DNA of 64,000 bases, from assembly GCA_963803805.1 (NCBI GenBank), contig CAWDOD010000006.1:96001-160000 (forward strand), in the 5' to 3' direction. The translations under genes and the position numbers were made by a program. How positions within the stretch are numbered: the stretch's first letter is position 1; each line of letters opens with the position of its first letter. Below, one piece after another: positions 51,006 through 60,244 of the stretch. The notes under the pieces are model-generated. The model did not search any database, was not told the DNA's origin, and was given only the letters and a program-made list of their open reading frames with translations. The DNA comes from an uncultured cyanobacterium. Its GTDB lineage: Bacteria > Cyanobacteriota > Cyanobacteriia > Cyanobacteriales > CAWCAG01.

Positions 51006-52856
51006 ATGGTTAGTCAACTAACGAAGTCTCAATCAGAGAATAGTCAATCCGTAGGAGATCCTCAAAAGCTAGAGCGCATTCGTCACACTTGCGCCCACGT
51101 TCTTGCTATGGCTGTACAAAATCTCTTTCCAGAAACTAAAGTTACTATAGGCCCTACTACAGCTACAGGTTTTTACTACGATTTTGATCGCCAGGAACCT
51201 TTCACTCCTGAAGATTTACAGCGTATTTCTGCTCGGATGCGTAAGCTTATTAAAGCTAACTTGCCAGTTATTCGGCAAGAAGTTAGTCGCGAAGAGATGA
51301 AAGCAGAAATTGATAAATTAGCAGAACCCTACAAGCAAGAAATTCTTGATGGTATTCCTTCAGGAGATGTGATTACTCGTTATTTTATCGGTGATCCTGA
51401 TGCTGATGAGAAAACGAAGAAATACTATAAAAAGCTGAAGTTACCTCCAGAAGGTTATTGGTGGGATCTTTGTGCTGGGCCTCATTTAACCTTGACTGGA
51501 GAGGTTGATCCTAATGCTTTTGTCCTAGAAAGTGTTGCGGGTGCTTATTGGCGCGGTGATGAGAAAAAAGCGCAATTACAACGAATTTATGGCACTGCTT
51601 GGGAAACCCCGGAACAGTTACAGGCATATTTAAAACAGAAAGAAGAAGCTTTACGGCGAGATCATCGTAAGTTAGGACAACAGCTTAAACTATTTAGCAT
51701 TCAAGAAGATGCTGGTGGTGGTTTGGTTTTTTGGCATCCTCGTGGGGCAACTATACGTCGTCTGATCGAAGATTATTGGCGCAATGCTCATGTGAAAGGT
51801 GGTTATGATTTACTTTATACTCCCCATATCGCCAACTTAAATCTGTGGAAAACTTCAGGACACGTTGATTTTTATCGAGAGAGTATGTTTGACTCGATGG
51901 AAATTGAGGAACAGGCTTATCAAATTAAGCCGATGAATTGTCCTTTCCATATTCTCACCTATAAAAATGAGCTACATTCCTATCGGGAATTGCCCCTAAG
52001 ATGGGCAGAATTAGGGACGGTTTACCGTTATGAACGTTCTGGCACTCTCCACGGTTTGATGCGAGTACGGGGCTTTACCCAAGATGATGCTCATATTTTC
52101 TGCTTGCCAGAACAAATGTCTGTAGAGATTCTGGGAGTGTTGAATTTGATGGAGAAGATGCTTTCGGATTTTGGCTTTGATAAGTACGAAGTTAATCTTT
52201 CTACCCGCCCAGAAAAATATGTTGGGGAAGATGAAGTTTGGGATCTGGCTACCGAGGCTTTGAAAGATGCCCTTAATACCAAAGGTTGGGAATATTTGAT
52301 TGATGAAGGTGGTGGGGCTTTCTACGGGCCAAAAATTGATATCAAAATCGAGGATGCTATTGGCAGGATGTGGCAATGTTCCACTATCCAAGTAGATTTT
52401 AACTTGCCGGAACGCTTTCAAATGGAATATGTGGCTGCTGATGGTACAAGGAAGCAACCAATTATGATTCACCGGGCTATTTTTGGTTCTTTAGAGCGCT
52501 TTTTTGGTATTTTAATTGAAAACTATACGGGGGATTTCCCTTTGTGGTTAGCACCTGTGCAGTTACGTTTGTTACCTGTAAGTGATGTACATAGAGATTA
52601 TGCCAAGTCTGTAGCCGGGAAGTTATCACAAGCTGGTTATCGGGTTGAAGTGGATGCTAGTGGAGAACGTTTGGGTAAGCAGATTCGCAATGGTGAGTTG
52701 GAGAAAATCCCCTTGGTGGCCATTGTTGGCGATCGCGAGGTAGAAAACAATAGTCTCAGTATTCGCACTAGGCAAGCTGGGGATATTGGTTCTTTGACTT
52801 TAGAAGAGTTAAAAGAGCGTATGGAAGAGGTGATCGCTAACAAAGAGCAAATTTAA
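51006..52856 (+). CDS. thrS: Threonine--tRNA ligase
   Basis: WWDLCAGPH, RDHRKLG, KPMNCP, RVRGFTQDDAH, FYGPKID, HRAIFGSLERF. Confidence 0.97.
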   Translation: MVSQLTKSQSENSQSVGDPQKLERIRHTCAHVLAMAVQNLFPETKVTIGPTTATGFYYDFDRQEPFTPEDLQRISARMRKLIKANLPVIRQEVSREEMKAEIDKLAEPYKQEILDGIPSGDVITRYFIGDPDADEKTKKYYKKLKLPPEGYWWDLCAGPHLTLTGEVDPNAFVLESVAGAYWRGDEKKAQLQRIYGTAWETPEQLQAYLKQKEEALRRDHRKLGQQLKLFSIQEDAGGGLVFWHPRGATIRRLIEDYWRNAHVKGGYDLLYTPHIANLNLWKTSGHVDFYRESMFDSMEIEEQAYQIKPMNCPFHILTYKNELHSYRELPLRWAELGTVYRYERSGTLHGLMRVRGFTQDDAHIFCLPEQMSVEILGVLNLMEKMLSDFGFDKYEVNLSTRPEKYVGEDEVWDLATEALKDALNTKGWEYLIDEGGGAFYGPKIDIKIEDAIGRMWQCSTIQVDFNLPERFQMEYVAADGTRKQPIMIHRAIFGSLERFFGILIENYTGDFPLWLAPVQLRLLPVSDVHRDYAKSVAGKLSQAGYRVEVDASGERLGKQIRNGELEKIPLVAIVGDREVENNSLSIRTRQAGDIGSLTLEELKERMEEVIANKEQI

Positions 52857-52857
52857 C

Positions 52858-52893
52858 TTTTAAGAATCCCTTGTTCAAGGGATTCTTAAAAAA
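52858..52893. terminator. Intrinsic terminator after thrS
   Basis: ttaagaatcccttg-tt-caagggattcttaa flanked by T and A runs. Confidence 0.8.
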
Positions 52894-52916
52894 TATCAGG
52901 GTTATTTTAAAAATTT

Positions 52917-52989
52917 ATTGATAATAATGTTCAACAAACCATGAATATGGCTTACACTAACAAAAAGCTTATTGCTAATAATTGTTATT
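52917..52989. promoter_or_regulatory. Two Fur-like boxes upstream of feoA
   Basis: ATTGATAATAATGTTCAAC (52917-52935) and ATTGCTAATAATTGTTATT (52971-52989) resemble the 19-bp Fur palindrome. Confidence 0.55.
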
Positions 52990-53087
52990 AATTTTTTTTG
53001 CAGATGTTTTCTAATTTAGCCTTAAGAAAGACTAGTGAAAGCCAGCTCCTCCTGGGGAGAAAACCTTTGACATTGCCAAATCAGATC

Positions 53088-53333
53088 ATGGAAAAAATAT
53101 CAACACACCTGCGAGATATGGAAGTAGGTTCTGTGGTTACGATAGTTGGTTATGACCAAGCCTACGGAGGTTATAAAGGGAAACTAACTTCAATCGGCTT
53201 AACTCCGAATACAGAGTTGATTTTACTCCATCTTGGCTTTCCTGATGCTCCTATTGAGGTTAAGGTTGGTAATTCTCGTTTAAGCCTTTCGCAACAAGAG
53301 GCGGATGCGCTTTTGGTTGAAGAAGCAGAATAA
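53088..53333 (+). CDS. feoA: FeoA family protein
   Basis: LTSIGLTPNTEL...APIEVKVGNSRLSLSQQEA; ATG at 53088 preferred. Confidence 0.85.
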   Translation: MEKISTHLRDMEVGSVVTIVGYDQAYGGYKGKLTSIGLTPNTELILLHLGFPDAPIEVKVGNSRLSLSQQEADALLVEEAE

Positions 53334-53344
53334 AACCTTCAAAC

Positions 53345-53403
53345 CTTGTTCTCTTAAGTAAACTCCACGGTTAAGCTGTTCGGTTTCCCGATCACTGCAC
53401 CAC
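53345..53403 (-). ncRNA. Candidate Yfr2-like small RNA
   Basis: Minus strand GTGGTGCAGTGATCGGGAAACCGA forms a hairpin with a GGAAAC loop, as in Yfr2/Cyano-1 RNAs; no second GGAAAC loop is evident. Confidence 0.35.
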
Positions 53404-53501
53404 CTCCTTTTCTAGTCTTTCTTAAGATAGATTAAGAAGTATCTAGAGATACCAAAATTCGTTAAAGTTTTATCTAGGTGGAGCTAATTAGGATTTCATA
53501 T

Positions 53502-54473
53502 ATGCGTAAAAAAATACTCTCTAAAATTAAACCTCTCGTTAAATCTCTCTTCATCTTTGGTTTAGTCGCCATGCTAGCCTTCGGTAATGCTAGCGAAGCC
53601 TTAGCAGCCAGAAGTGGAGGGAGAATTGGCGGTGGTTCTTTCCGTAGCGCACCTCGCAGCCGTACCTATTCTGCTCCCAGAGGGGGAGGCTACGGTGGTC
53701 CCAGAGGTGGCTATGGCTATGGTTATGGGGGAGGATTTGGTTTTCCTTTCTTACTACCATTCTTCGGCTTTGGAGGCTTTGGTAGCCTGTTCTCTATCCT
53801 CATCTTTATTGCGATCGCTAACTTCTTAGTTAAAGCTCTTCGTGGTGGATTTAGCGGTGGCGATGGCGATGGTATTGGCTCTACACTAGGTAGCAGCAAA
53901 ATTTCTGTGGGTAAAGTACAAGTAGGCTTACTAGCTAACGCCCGCGGTTTACAACAGGAACTAGATAAACTAGCCCAAACAGCCGATACTGGTTCGGCCG
54001 CAGGACGTGCTTTAGTTGTTCAAGAAGCAACTCTTTCTTTGTTACGCCATCCGGAATATTGGGTTTATGGTTCCACCCAATCTCAACAAGCTGGTTTAGA
54101 TGCCGCCGAAGCCAAATTTAACCAACTAGCCTTAGCAGAAAGAAGTAAGTTTACAGAAGAAACTATCTCTAATGTTAATGCTCAACTACGCTCAAGCAGT
54201 ACTTCTAACCAAGAAGGAGGCAAGTTGGTTAAGCATGAAGGACAAGACTCTGGGGAATACATTATCGTTACTATTATTGTTGGTGCAGAAGGCAAACTTG
54301 AGCTACCCAAAATTAATAGCAGCGACGATCTACAACAGGCTTTGCGTCAAATCGGAGGTTTAGGTGGCGATCGCCTCTTAGCAGTGGAAGTTCTCTGGAC
54401 TCCCCAAGCTAAAGGAGATACCCTTTCTACCGATGACATCTTAGCTGAGTATCCCGACTTAAAGTTGGTTTAG
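53502..54473 (+). CDS. DUF1517 family membrane protein (FLAP1-like)
   Basis: ARSGGRIGGGSF, Gly-rich tract, LLRHPEYW, ERSKF, VEVLWTP. Confidence 0.9.
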   Translation: MRKKILSKIKPLVKSLFIFGLVAMLAFGNASEALAARSGGRIGGGSFRSAPRSRTYSAPRGGGYGGPRGGYGYGYGGGFGFPFLLPFFGFGGFGSLFSILIFIAIANFLVKALRGGFSGGDGDGIGSTLGSSKISVGKVQVGLLANARGLQQELDKLAQTADTGSAAGRALVVQEATLSLLRHPEYWVYGSTQSQQAGLDAAEAKFNQLALAERSKFTEETISNVNAQLRSSSTSNQEGGKLVKHEGQDSGEYIIVTIIVGAEGKLELPKINSSDDLQQALRQIGGLGGDRLLAVEVLWTPQAKGDTLSTDDILAEYPDLKLV

Positions 54474-54496
54474 GTGAAACAAACATAACTAATTTT

Positions 54497-54536
54497 AGCG
54501 ATCACATTTTTATTGAGAGGTGTGATCGCTTCTTCT
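54497..54536 (+). terminator. Hairpin terminator after the DUF1517 gene
   Basis: agcgatcaca...tgtgatcgct followed by tcttctt. Confidence 0.55.
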
Positions 54537-54640
54537 TATCCAATAGAGAACAGGGAACAGTGTATCCTTTACCTATCACCTATTACCAGAAGTATTGAAT
54601 GATAGTAAAAAAAGGAATAGTTTTTTACTGATTACTTATC

Positions 54641-55561
54641 ATGAAAAAAATCCCCCCAAGAGGTCACCTCTTAACAGAACAGAATAATCCTCAAAGCCAC
54701 AATCTAGACCAACTTACTTCTTTAGAAATAGTAGACCTTTTTAATCAAGAAGATCAACAGACTATCGAAGCGATCGCTCAAAGTCGGACTCAGTTGGCAG
54801 AAACTATAGACATCACCGCAAAGGCTTTAAGAAAAGGAGGGAGGCTATTTTACGTTGGGGCTGGTACTAGTGGGCGTTTAGGGGTCTTAGACGCAGCAGA
54901 ATGCCCCCCCACCTTTTGTACTCCCCCAGAAATGGTACAAGGGATTATTGCTGGAGGTGCGGCTGCTTTGGTACGTAGTTCCGAAGCCCTTGAAGATAAA
55001 CCGCAGGATGGGGCAGAAGCGATCGCTCGTTGTCAGGTAAATGAATTAGATGTTGTTATTGGTATAACGGCTGGGGGAACAACTCCTTATGTTCATGGTG
55101 CTTTGCAAGCAGCCAAAGAAAGGGGGGCCGCAAGTATTTTTATTGCTTGTGTTCCGGCAAATCAAGTTTCTAGTGATGCCAATATCGATATTCGCCTTTT
55201 AGTTGGTCCAGAAATTTTAGCAGGTTCAACGCGACTAAAAGCAGGAACCGTCACCAAAATGGCTCTAAACATCATCTCTACGGGGGTAATGGTTAAGTTA
55301 GGGAAAGTTTACGGCAATCGCATGGTAGATGTATCTGTAACTAATAGTAAACTCCTCGACCGTTCCCTACGCATTATCCAAGACTTAACAGACTTAACCA
55401 CTGAAGAAGCCTATAACTTACTAGAAGATAGCGAAAAACAAGTTAAATTAGCTTTGCTTAGGCATTGGACTAGGTTAAAAAAGGAAGAAGGGAAGATTTT
55501 ACTAGAACAAAATCAAGGTAATCTGAGAGCAGCATTAAACTCTTCAACCTCAAAATCCTAA
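54641..55561 (+). CDS. murQ: N-acetylmuramic acid 6-phosphate etherase
   Basis: GAGTSGRLGVLDAAECPPTF, GPEILAGSTRLKAGT, YGNRMVDV. Confidence 0.96.
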   Translation: MKKIPPRGHLLTEQNNPQSHNLDQLTSLEIVDLFNQEDQQTIEAIAQSRTQLAETIDITAKALRKGGRLFYVGAGTSGRLGVLDAAECPPTFCTPPEMVQGIIAGGAAALVRSSEALEDKPQDGAEAIARCQVNELDVVIGITAGGTTPYVHGALQAAKERGAASIFIACVPANQVSSDANIDIRLLVGPEILAGSTRLKAGTVTKMALNIISTGVMVKLGKVYGNRMVDVSVTNSKLLDRSLRIIQDLTDLTTEEAYNLLEDSEKQVKLALLRHWTRLKKEEGKILLEQNQGNLRAALNSSTSKS

Positions 55562-55586
55562 AAAAACGGCACTAAAATCACCAACC

Positions 55587-57110
55587 ATGTTTACTGCATC
55601 TGATACCACAGCAACGTTTCTCATTGTCCTCTTTGCCTTGGGTATTTTGGCTTGGGGATATAATAGGGCTAGACCTTATGGCAAATTAGGGGTAATTGCC
55701 TGGTTACAGTCAGTGATACTCATGGCTCCTTGGCTAATTTTTTTCAGCTTATTTGCGGCGGGGATTTATCTCAACATTGTTGCTATTCTGCTTCTACTAT
55801 TTATATCTGTAGGAATTTATATCTATTTAGGCAGAAAGTTAAGGGCAGAAGGTCAAGAAGCGATGTTGCGAGAACGAGCTTCTCGGAGATTAAAAGAACA
55901 AGAAGAAGTCACCTCAACCCCACAACCTACTGATACCTTCTCGGCTGCAAAAGAGTCCACAGAAGGGGAGTTCACTCCAGAAATCATTCCCATCCCGGAA
56001 GAGGATCTCAACATTATTAGAGGCATTTTCGGCATTGATACTTTCTTCGCTACAGAAACAATTCCTTACCAAGAAGGGGCTATTTTCAAAGGAAATTTAC
56101 GAGGAGAACCAGAAGAAGCCCATTCTCGCTTATCTACTAACTTAAAAAACTTGCTGGGAGATAAATATCGCCTCTTTTTAGTAGAAAGTCCTGAAGGTAA
56201 ACCAACAATTATTGTTCTGCCTAGCAGCAATGATCCTCAACCCAGTACCACAGCCCAAAAATTTCTCGCTTTAGCGCTTTTTATTGTTACCATCGCCACT
56301 ACTTTAGAAGCCGCAGGCTTACTATTGAGTTTCGACTTATTTAGCAATATAAGCCGCCTGGGAGAAGCCTTACCCTTAAGCCTGGGGATTTTAGGATTAC
56401 TTGCAGCCCATGAAATTGGTCATCTCGTTGCGGCTAGACGTTACAACGTGCGGCTTAGTTTCCCTTTTTTGATTCCTAGCTGGCAAATTGGTTCTTTTGG
56501 GGCAATTACTCGTTTTGAATCTTTACTGGCCAATCGTACAGTTCTTTTTGACATTGCCTTAGCTGGACCAGCCACTGGGGGGATAGTTTCTTTACTAATG
56601 TTAGTCACTGGTTTAATTCTTTCCCATCCCGGCAGTCTTTTCCAGCTACCTAGCCAATTTTTTCAACAATCGGTATTGGTAGGAACTTTAGCCAAAGCTA
56701 TTTTAGGTTCAGCATTACAAGAACCTTTAGTTGATATTCATCCCTTAACTATAATTGGTTGGCTAGGCTTGGTGATTACAGCCTTGAATTTAATACCTGC
56801 TGGACAGTTAGACGGGGGCAGGATTGTTCAAGCAATTTATGGTCGCAAAATAGCAAGGCGTACCACCATCGCCGCTTTAGTTATTTTGGGCATAGTCGCT
56901 TTAGTTAATCCTGTGAATCCTATTCCTCTGTATTGGGCAATTTTAATTCTGTTTTTACAACGAGATTTAGAACGTCCTAGTCTCAATGAATTAACTGAAC
57001 CAGACGACGCTAGGGCAGCATTAGGCTTACTAGCTTTGTTTTTGATGTTAACTGCTTTGATTCCTTTAACTCCTAGTTTGGCAGGAGGTTTGGGAATTGG
57101 TGGATTTTGA
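55587..57110 (+). CDS. Site-2 protease (M50) family protein
   Basis: HEIGH, IALAGP, LNLIPAGQLDGG. Confidence 0.93.
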   Translation: MFTASDTTATFLIVLFALGILAWGYNRARPYGKLGVIAWLQSVILMAPWLIFFSLFAAGIYLNIVAILLLLFISVGIYIYLGRKLRAEGQEAMLRERASRRLKEQEEVTSTPQPTDTFSAAKESTEGEFTPEIIPIPEEDLNIIRGIFGIDTFFATETIPYQEGAIFKGNLRGEPEEAHSRLSTNLKNLLGDKYRLFLVESPEGKPTIIVLPSSNDPQPSTTAQKFLALALFIVTIATTLEAAGLLLSFDLFSNISRLGEALPLSLGILGLLAAHEIGHLVAARRYNVRLSFPFLIPSWQIGSFGAITRFESLLANRTVLFDIALAGPATGGIVSLLMLVTGLILSHPGSLFQLPSQFFQQSVLVGTLAKAILGSALQEPLVDIHPLTIIGWLGLVITALNLIPAGQLDGGRIVQAIYGRKIARRTTIAALVILGIVALVNPVNPIPLYWAILILFLQRDLERPSLNELTEPDDARAALGLLALFLMLTALIPLTPSLAGGLGIGGF

Positions 57111-57264
57111 TTTTAAGTTTACAAAGCCTTTTTAACTATTAATACCTCTATCTTGAGTTATGATTTTTAACGAAAGTGCGATTACCTAAATGACTCATAG
57201 ATCATTTCAAGTTCGCTCTTGTCGCTCACAACTTGATTTAAAGTAGTACGGAGCGTAGAAAGTT

Positions 57265-59250
57265 ATAGACTACTCAAGCTGGAATGATTCAATTGCTAAG
57301 CATTTCTTTAACTCAGAAATGCCTGATTCTACTGTTCATTTATACGTGACAGAAGAACTAATTAACGACCTTGGTAAAGAACAAGAAGTTGACTGTCAAA
57401 ATTTTATTAAGACTATTAAAAGGTCTGTCGGGGAAAGAGGAATCTGCCAAAAAGCTTTAGATAGTTGGGATGATTGGAAATACAGACAATCAAGACGAGG
57501 ATATCCTCCCTATATCGGCTATTTATCACTATTTGTACTTGCAGCAGGAATTGAGGGAGAAGAGTTTGCAGAGAATGCCTATTATCCTCGTTTGAGAGAA
57601 CTTTTAGGAGAAGAAGCCAAGACAGGGCAGTATCCTCATTTTGATGAAATGCGTCAACTATGGGAAGATTTGGAAAGGTGGTCAAGGGAAGATAAAAACG
57701 GCAAGTGGGGAATTTTCAATTGCTTAACAGTTGGCAAAAATCATCATATAGGTTTACCATTAGCGCAAACATTACTTTCTGAAAAAGAACGCAAATGCCT
57801 ACCTAATTTTTTTGCGGAAGCAGGCTTAGATTCAGATAGTTCTGTTTCAGAACAAGCAATAACGTTTTTACTATTAAAACACGGTAAAAGTTTTCTTCGC
57901 CAGTGTAATCAAAGGCTTTTAGAAAATAATAAACATGAAGATTTACGCCAAGCTTTAATAGAAAGGGTAGTTGAAGAGTTAGAAGTTTGGGATGGTACTT
58001 TCCAAGAAACTGAAGCAGAAGAAAGGAAATATTCAGGAACATTAAGGCTATGTTTTCAACTGGATACAGTAGCACAAAAAGTTAGCATGAACCTCCGTTG
58101 CTACACTAAATCTGAATTTCCTGAAGAGGGGTTACAGTTAAAAATAGATGACCAACCTCAAAAATTTGACTGTGAAGAATATGACAGTGAATGGTCTTCA
58201 GTAATTCAAAATATTAATACTACTGACCTAAATTGGGAACAAGATTTAAGAATGCAATCAAGGGATGGTAAATGGCAATTTAGGCTAAAACCATCACCAA
58301 TTCGTTTTTTTGTTAGTGGAGAAGCACAGGGATTACCCGGGTTAATTGAAATCTCTCAAATTCCTCAGAATCAGTCTTTTTATATTACCGCTAAAGCTGA
58401 AGAAACTGAATTAATAGAAGAGTGGGGAAAATCTCAATGTCAAGGTTACGAAGAACTCTTTGATTTTCAAGGTTTACCAAAAAGTTGGCATTTATTTAAG
58501 GTTAATTTAGCTCAAAGTGATGAGTTATTGAGTAAGACTCATCCATCTTTATCGTGGACAAAAAAGGTTAGGCTCAACTTTGTGGGAGGTTTACGTTTAG
58601 GAAAAGGTAATAAATTCTTTGATTTTGCCCCTCCTCAACTTAGATTAGAAGGTAATACTAATTCCCGACAAATTTTAGTTGATAGTCAATCTTTACATAA
58701 AAAGAAGTTTGGATTGTATCAACTTCCAGGGGAATTACCGAAAAATACTAAAATTAACATAGGAGTTTGTCAGGATAATGAGATTATCAAAACTAAATCG
58801 TTAACTTTACTAGAAAGTTACATCTTGCCTCATAATTATGATTTGAAACTAGATTGCTTGGGTAACGAAGCTGACAAAGCTGAATATGTGAATGGGGCTA
58901 TTGTAAAAAAAATAAATATTCCTCCGTTTAATTTTAATACCTTACTTCCTGTACAAGGAAAACAAAGAATTACTTTACTTGGTTCTGAAGTAGGACAAAT
59001 TGCTAATGCAACGGAAGAGATTGATTGGTCGCCTGTCTGGGCTGTTGCTATATCCCGCAAAGGTCAAGCTATATTTTGTGGTGATAAGATCAAAAATTCT
59101 CAACCCATAACTCATACTTGCACAAATAAAAAACAAAGAAAACAATGGAAAGATATTTTATGGACTAAACGCAAAAGAATTACACCTCCTCACAATCGTA
59201 AACAAAGAGAACTTTGGTATCAATATCAACAGGAAGCTAAGGGTGTTTAA
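57265..59250 (+). CDS. Uncharacterised protein, first gene of a helicase cassette (DruF-like candidate); open frame extends 18 codons upstream of ATG 57319 to an ATA
   Basis: In-frame IDYSSWNDSIAKHFFNSE precedes MPDS; motifs PPYIGYLSLFVLAA, YYPRLRELL, LWEDLERWS, IGLPLAQTLL. Confidence 0.7.
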   Translation: MDYSSWNDSIAKHFFNSEMPDSTVHLYVTEELINDLGKEQEVDCQNFIKTIKRSVGERGICQKALDSWDDWKYRQSRRGYPPYIGYLSLFVLAAGIEGEEFAENAYYPRLRELLGEEAKTGQYPHFDEMRQLWEDLERWSREDKNGKWGIFNCLTVGKNHHIGLPLAQTLLSEKERKCLPNFFAEAGLDSDSSVSEQAITFLLLKHGKSFLRQCNQRLLENNKHEDLRQALIERVVEELEVWDGTFQETEAEERKYSGTLRLCFQLDTVAQKVSMNLRCYTKSEFPEEGLQLKIDDQPQKFDCEEYDSEWSSVIQNINTTDLNWEQDLRMQSRDGKWQFRLKPSPIRFFVSGEAQGLPGLIEISQIPQNQSFYITAKAEETELIEEWGKSQCQGYEELFDFQGLPKSWHLFKVNLAQSDELLSKTHPSLSWTKKVRLNFVGGLRLGKGNKFFDFAPPQLRLEGNTNSRQILVDSQSLHKKKFGLYQLPGELPKNTKINIGVCQDNEIIKTKSLTLLESYILPHNYDLKLDCLGNEADKAEYVNGAIVKKINIPPFNFNTLLPVQGKQRITLLGSEVGQIANATEEIDWSPVWAVAISRKGQAIFCGDKIKNSQPITHTCTNKKQRKQWKDILWTKRKRITPPHNRKQRELWYQYQQEAKGV

Positions 59251-60235
59251 TCATAGCGATATTTTACTTTACGCAGTATCTACCAAGCAGGCAATGTCTT
59301 GGTCTTCTTTTAAAAAAGCATTCAGCGAACTATCAAAACAAAATATAGATAGTAGTCGTTTAGAGTCGGAAGAAGTAGGAAAATCTAGAAATCAAACTAG
59401 ACGTTACTTAAGTGCCTTGGCACACTGCGAATTTATCTTTAATAATGATGGTAAGGGTCAAGTTTATGGTTGTTCTCCAACTTTAGCGAGAATACCTTCT
59501 TTGGGCTTTCCTCAAGCTATTTTAACAGGAGTGCGATCGCAACAAACTCTAAAACAGTTACAACAGATTTGCAAATCTAAAAATATTCATCTAGAACAAA
59601 CAAAACAGCCAGGTAAATTGCCATTAATTCCTACTCGTATAGCCGTACAAGCAGAAGATATCAGCGAATTGCAACAACTAGCTGATTCTCTCAGATTTAC
59701 TTTTTTAGAAAATCCTCCTGCTTGGTCAATTAGTTACTTTTCTGCCTCTCTACAAGATTATCAACAAAGTTTAACTTGGTTACAACCAACAGAACTTGAT
59801 CAGGAAAAACAGATATTTAATCTTAAAAACCTTAAATTTCAAAGTAATTCAGCAAATAGTCGTATTTCTCTAAGACAATATACTCATCCCAAAAAGAACA
59901 CTAAAGTTTACTATTTATGGCAAGGGCAAAAAAATGTAGAAGTAGACTTGGCATGGGGGAGATATATTTTTCTTAAGGAAACTAATAAAAATCTTCTTAC
60001 CTACGATGCTAAAAAATTCCTGCTTGCAGTTCCAGTAGCAGCAAAACTTCCCAAACTTTTTGATCGGGCATTAACTCTGTGTTCAGGCTATATTCCTAGA
60101 TTCGTTGAAAAAATACCCAAAATTGACAAAAATATTTACGGCTTTGATTTATATCAATCTGTACCACCGCAAATTGCTCAAATGATTGCCCAAAAACTAG
60201 GTCAAACTCTCAACTCAAAATCTCTAACCATCTAA
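59243..60235 (+). CDS. Uncharacterised protein, second gene of the helicase cassette (DruG-like candidate)
   Basis: Overlaps the upstream stop by 8 nt; LSALAHCEF, LTGVRS, LPKLFDRALTLCSG. Confidence 0.75.
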   Translation: MFNHSDILLYAVSTKQAMSWSSFKKAFSELSKQNIDSSRLESEEVGKSRNQTRRYLSALAHCEFIFNNDGKGQVYGCSPTLARIPSLGFPQAILTGVRSQQTLKQLQQICKSKNIHLEQTKQPGKLPLIPTRIAVQAEDISELQQLADSLRFTFLENPPAWSISYFSASLQDYQQSLTWLQPTELDQEKQIFNLKNLKFQSNSANSRISLRQYTHPKKNTKVYYLWQGQKNVEVDLAWGRYIFLKETNKNLLTYDAKKFLLAVPVAAKLPKLFDRALTLCSGYIPRFVEKIPKIDKNIYGFDLYQSVPPQIAQMIAQKLGQTLNSKSLTI

Positions 60236-60244
60236 AACTAAATT

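Larger units (their letters stand above)
2067..59540. repeat. Dispersed HIP1 octamers (GCGATCGC); the span marks the first and last copies seen
   Basis: Copies at, for example, 2067, 11394, 13331, 13981, 22221, 53811 and 59533; more than 20 seen by eye. Confidence 0.9.
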
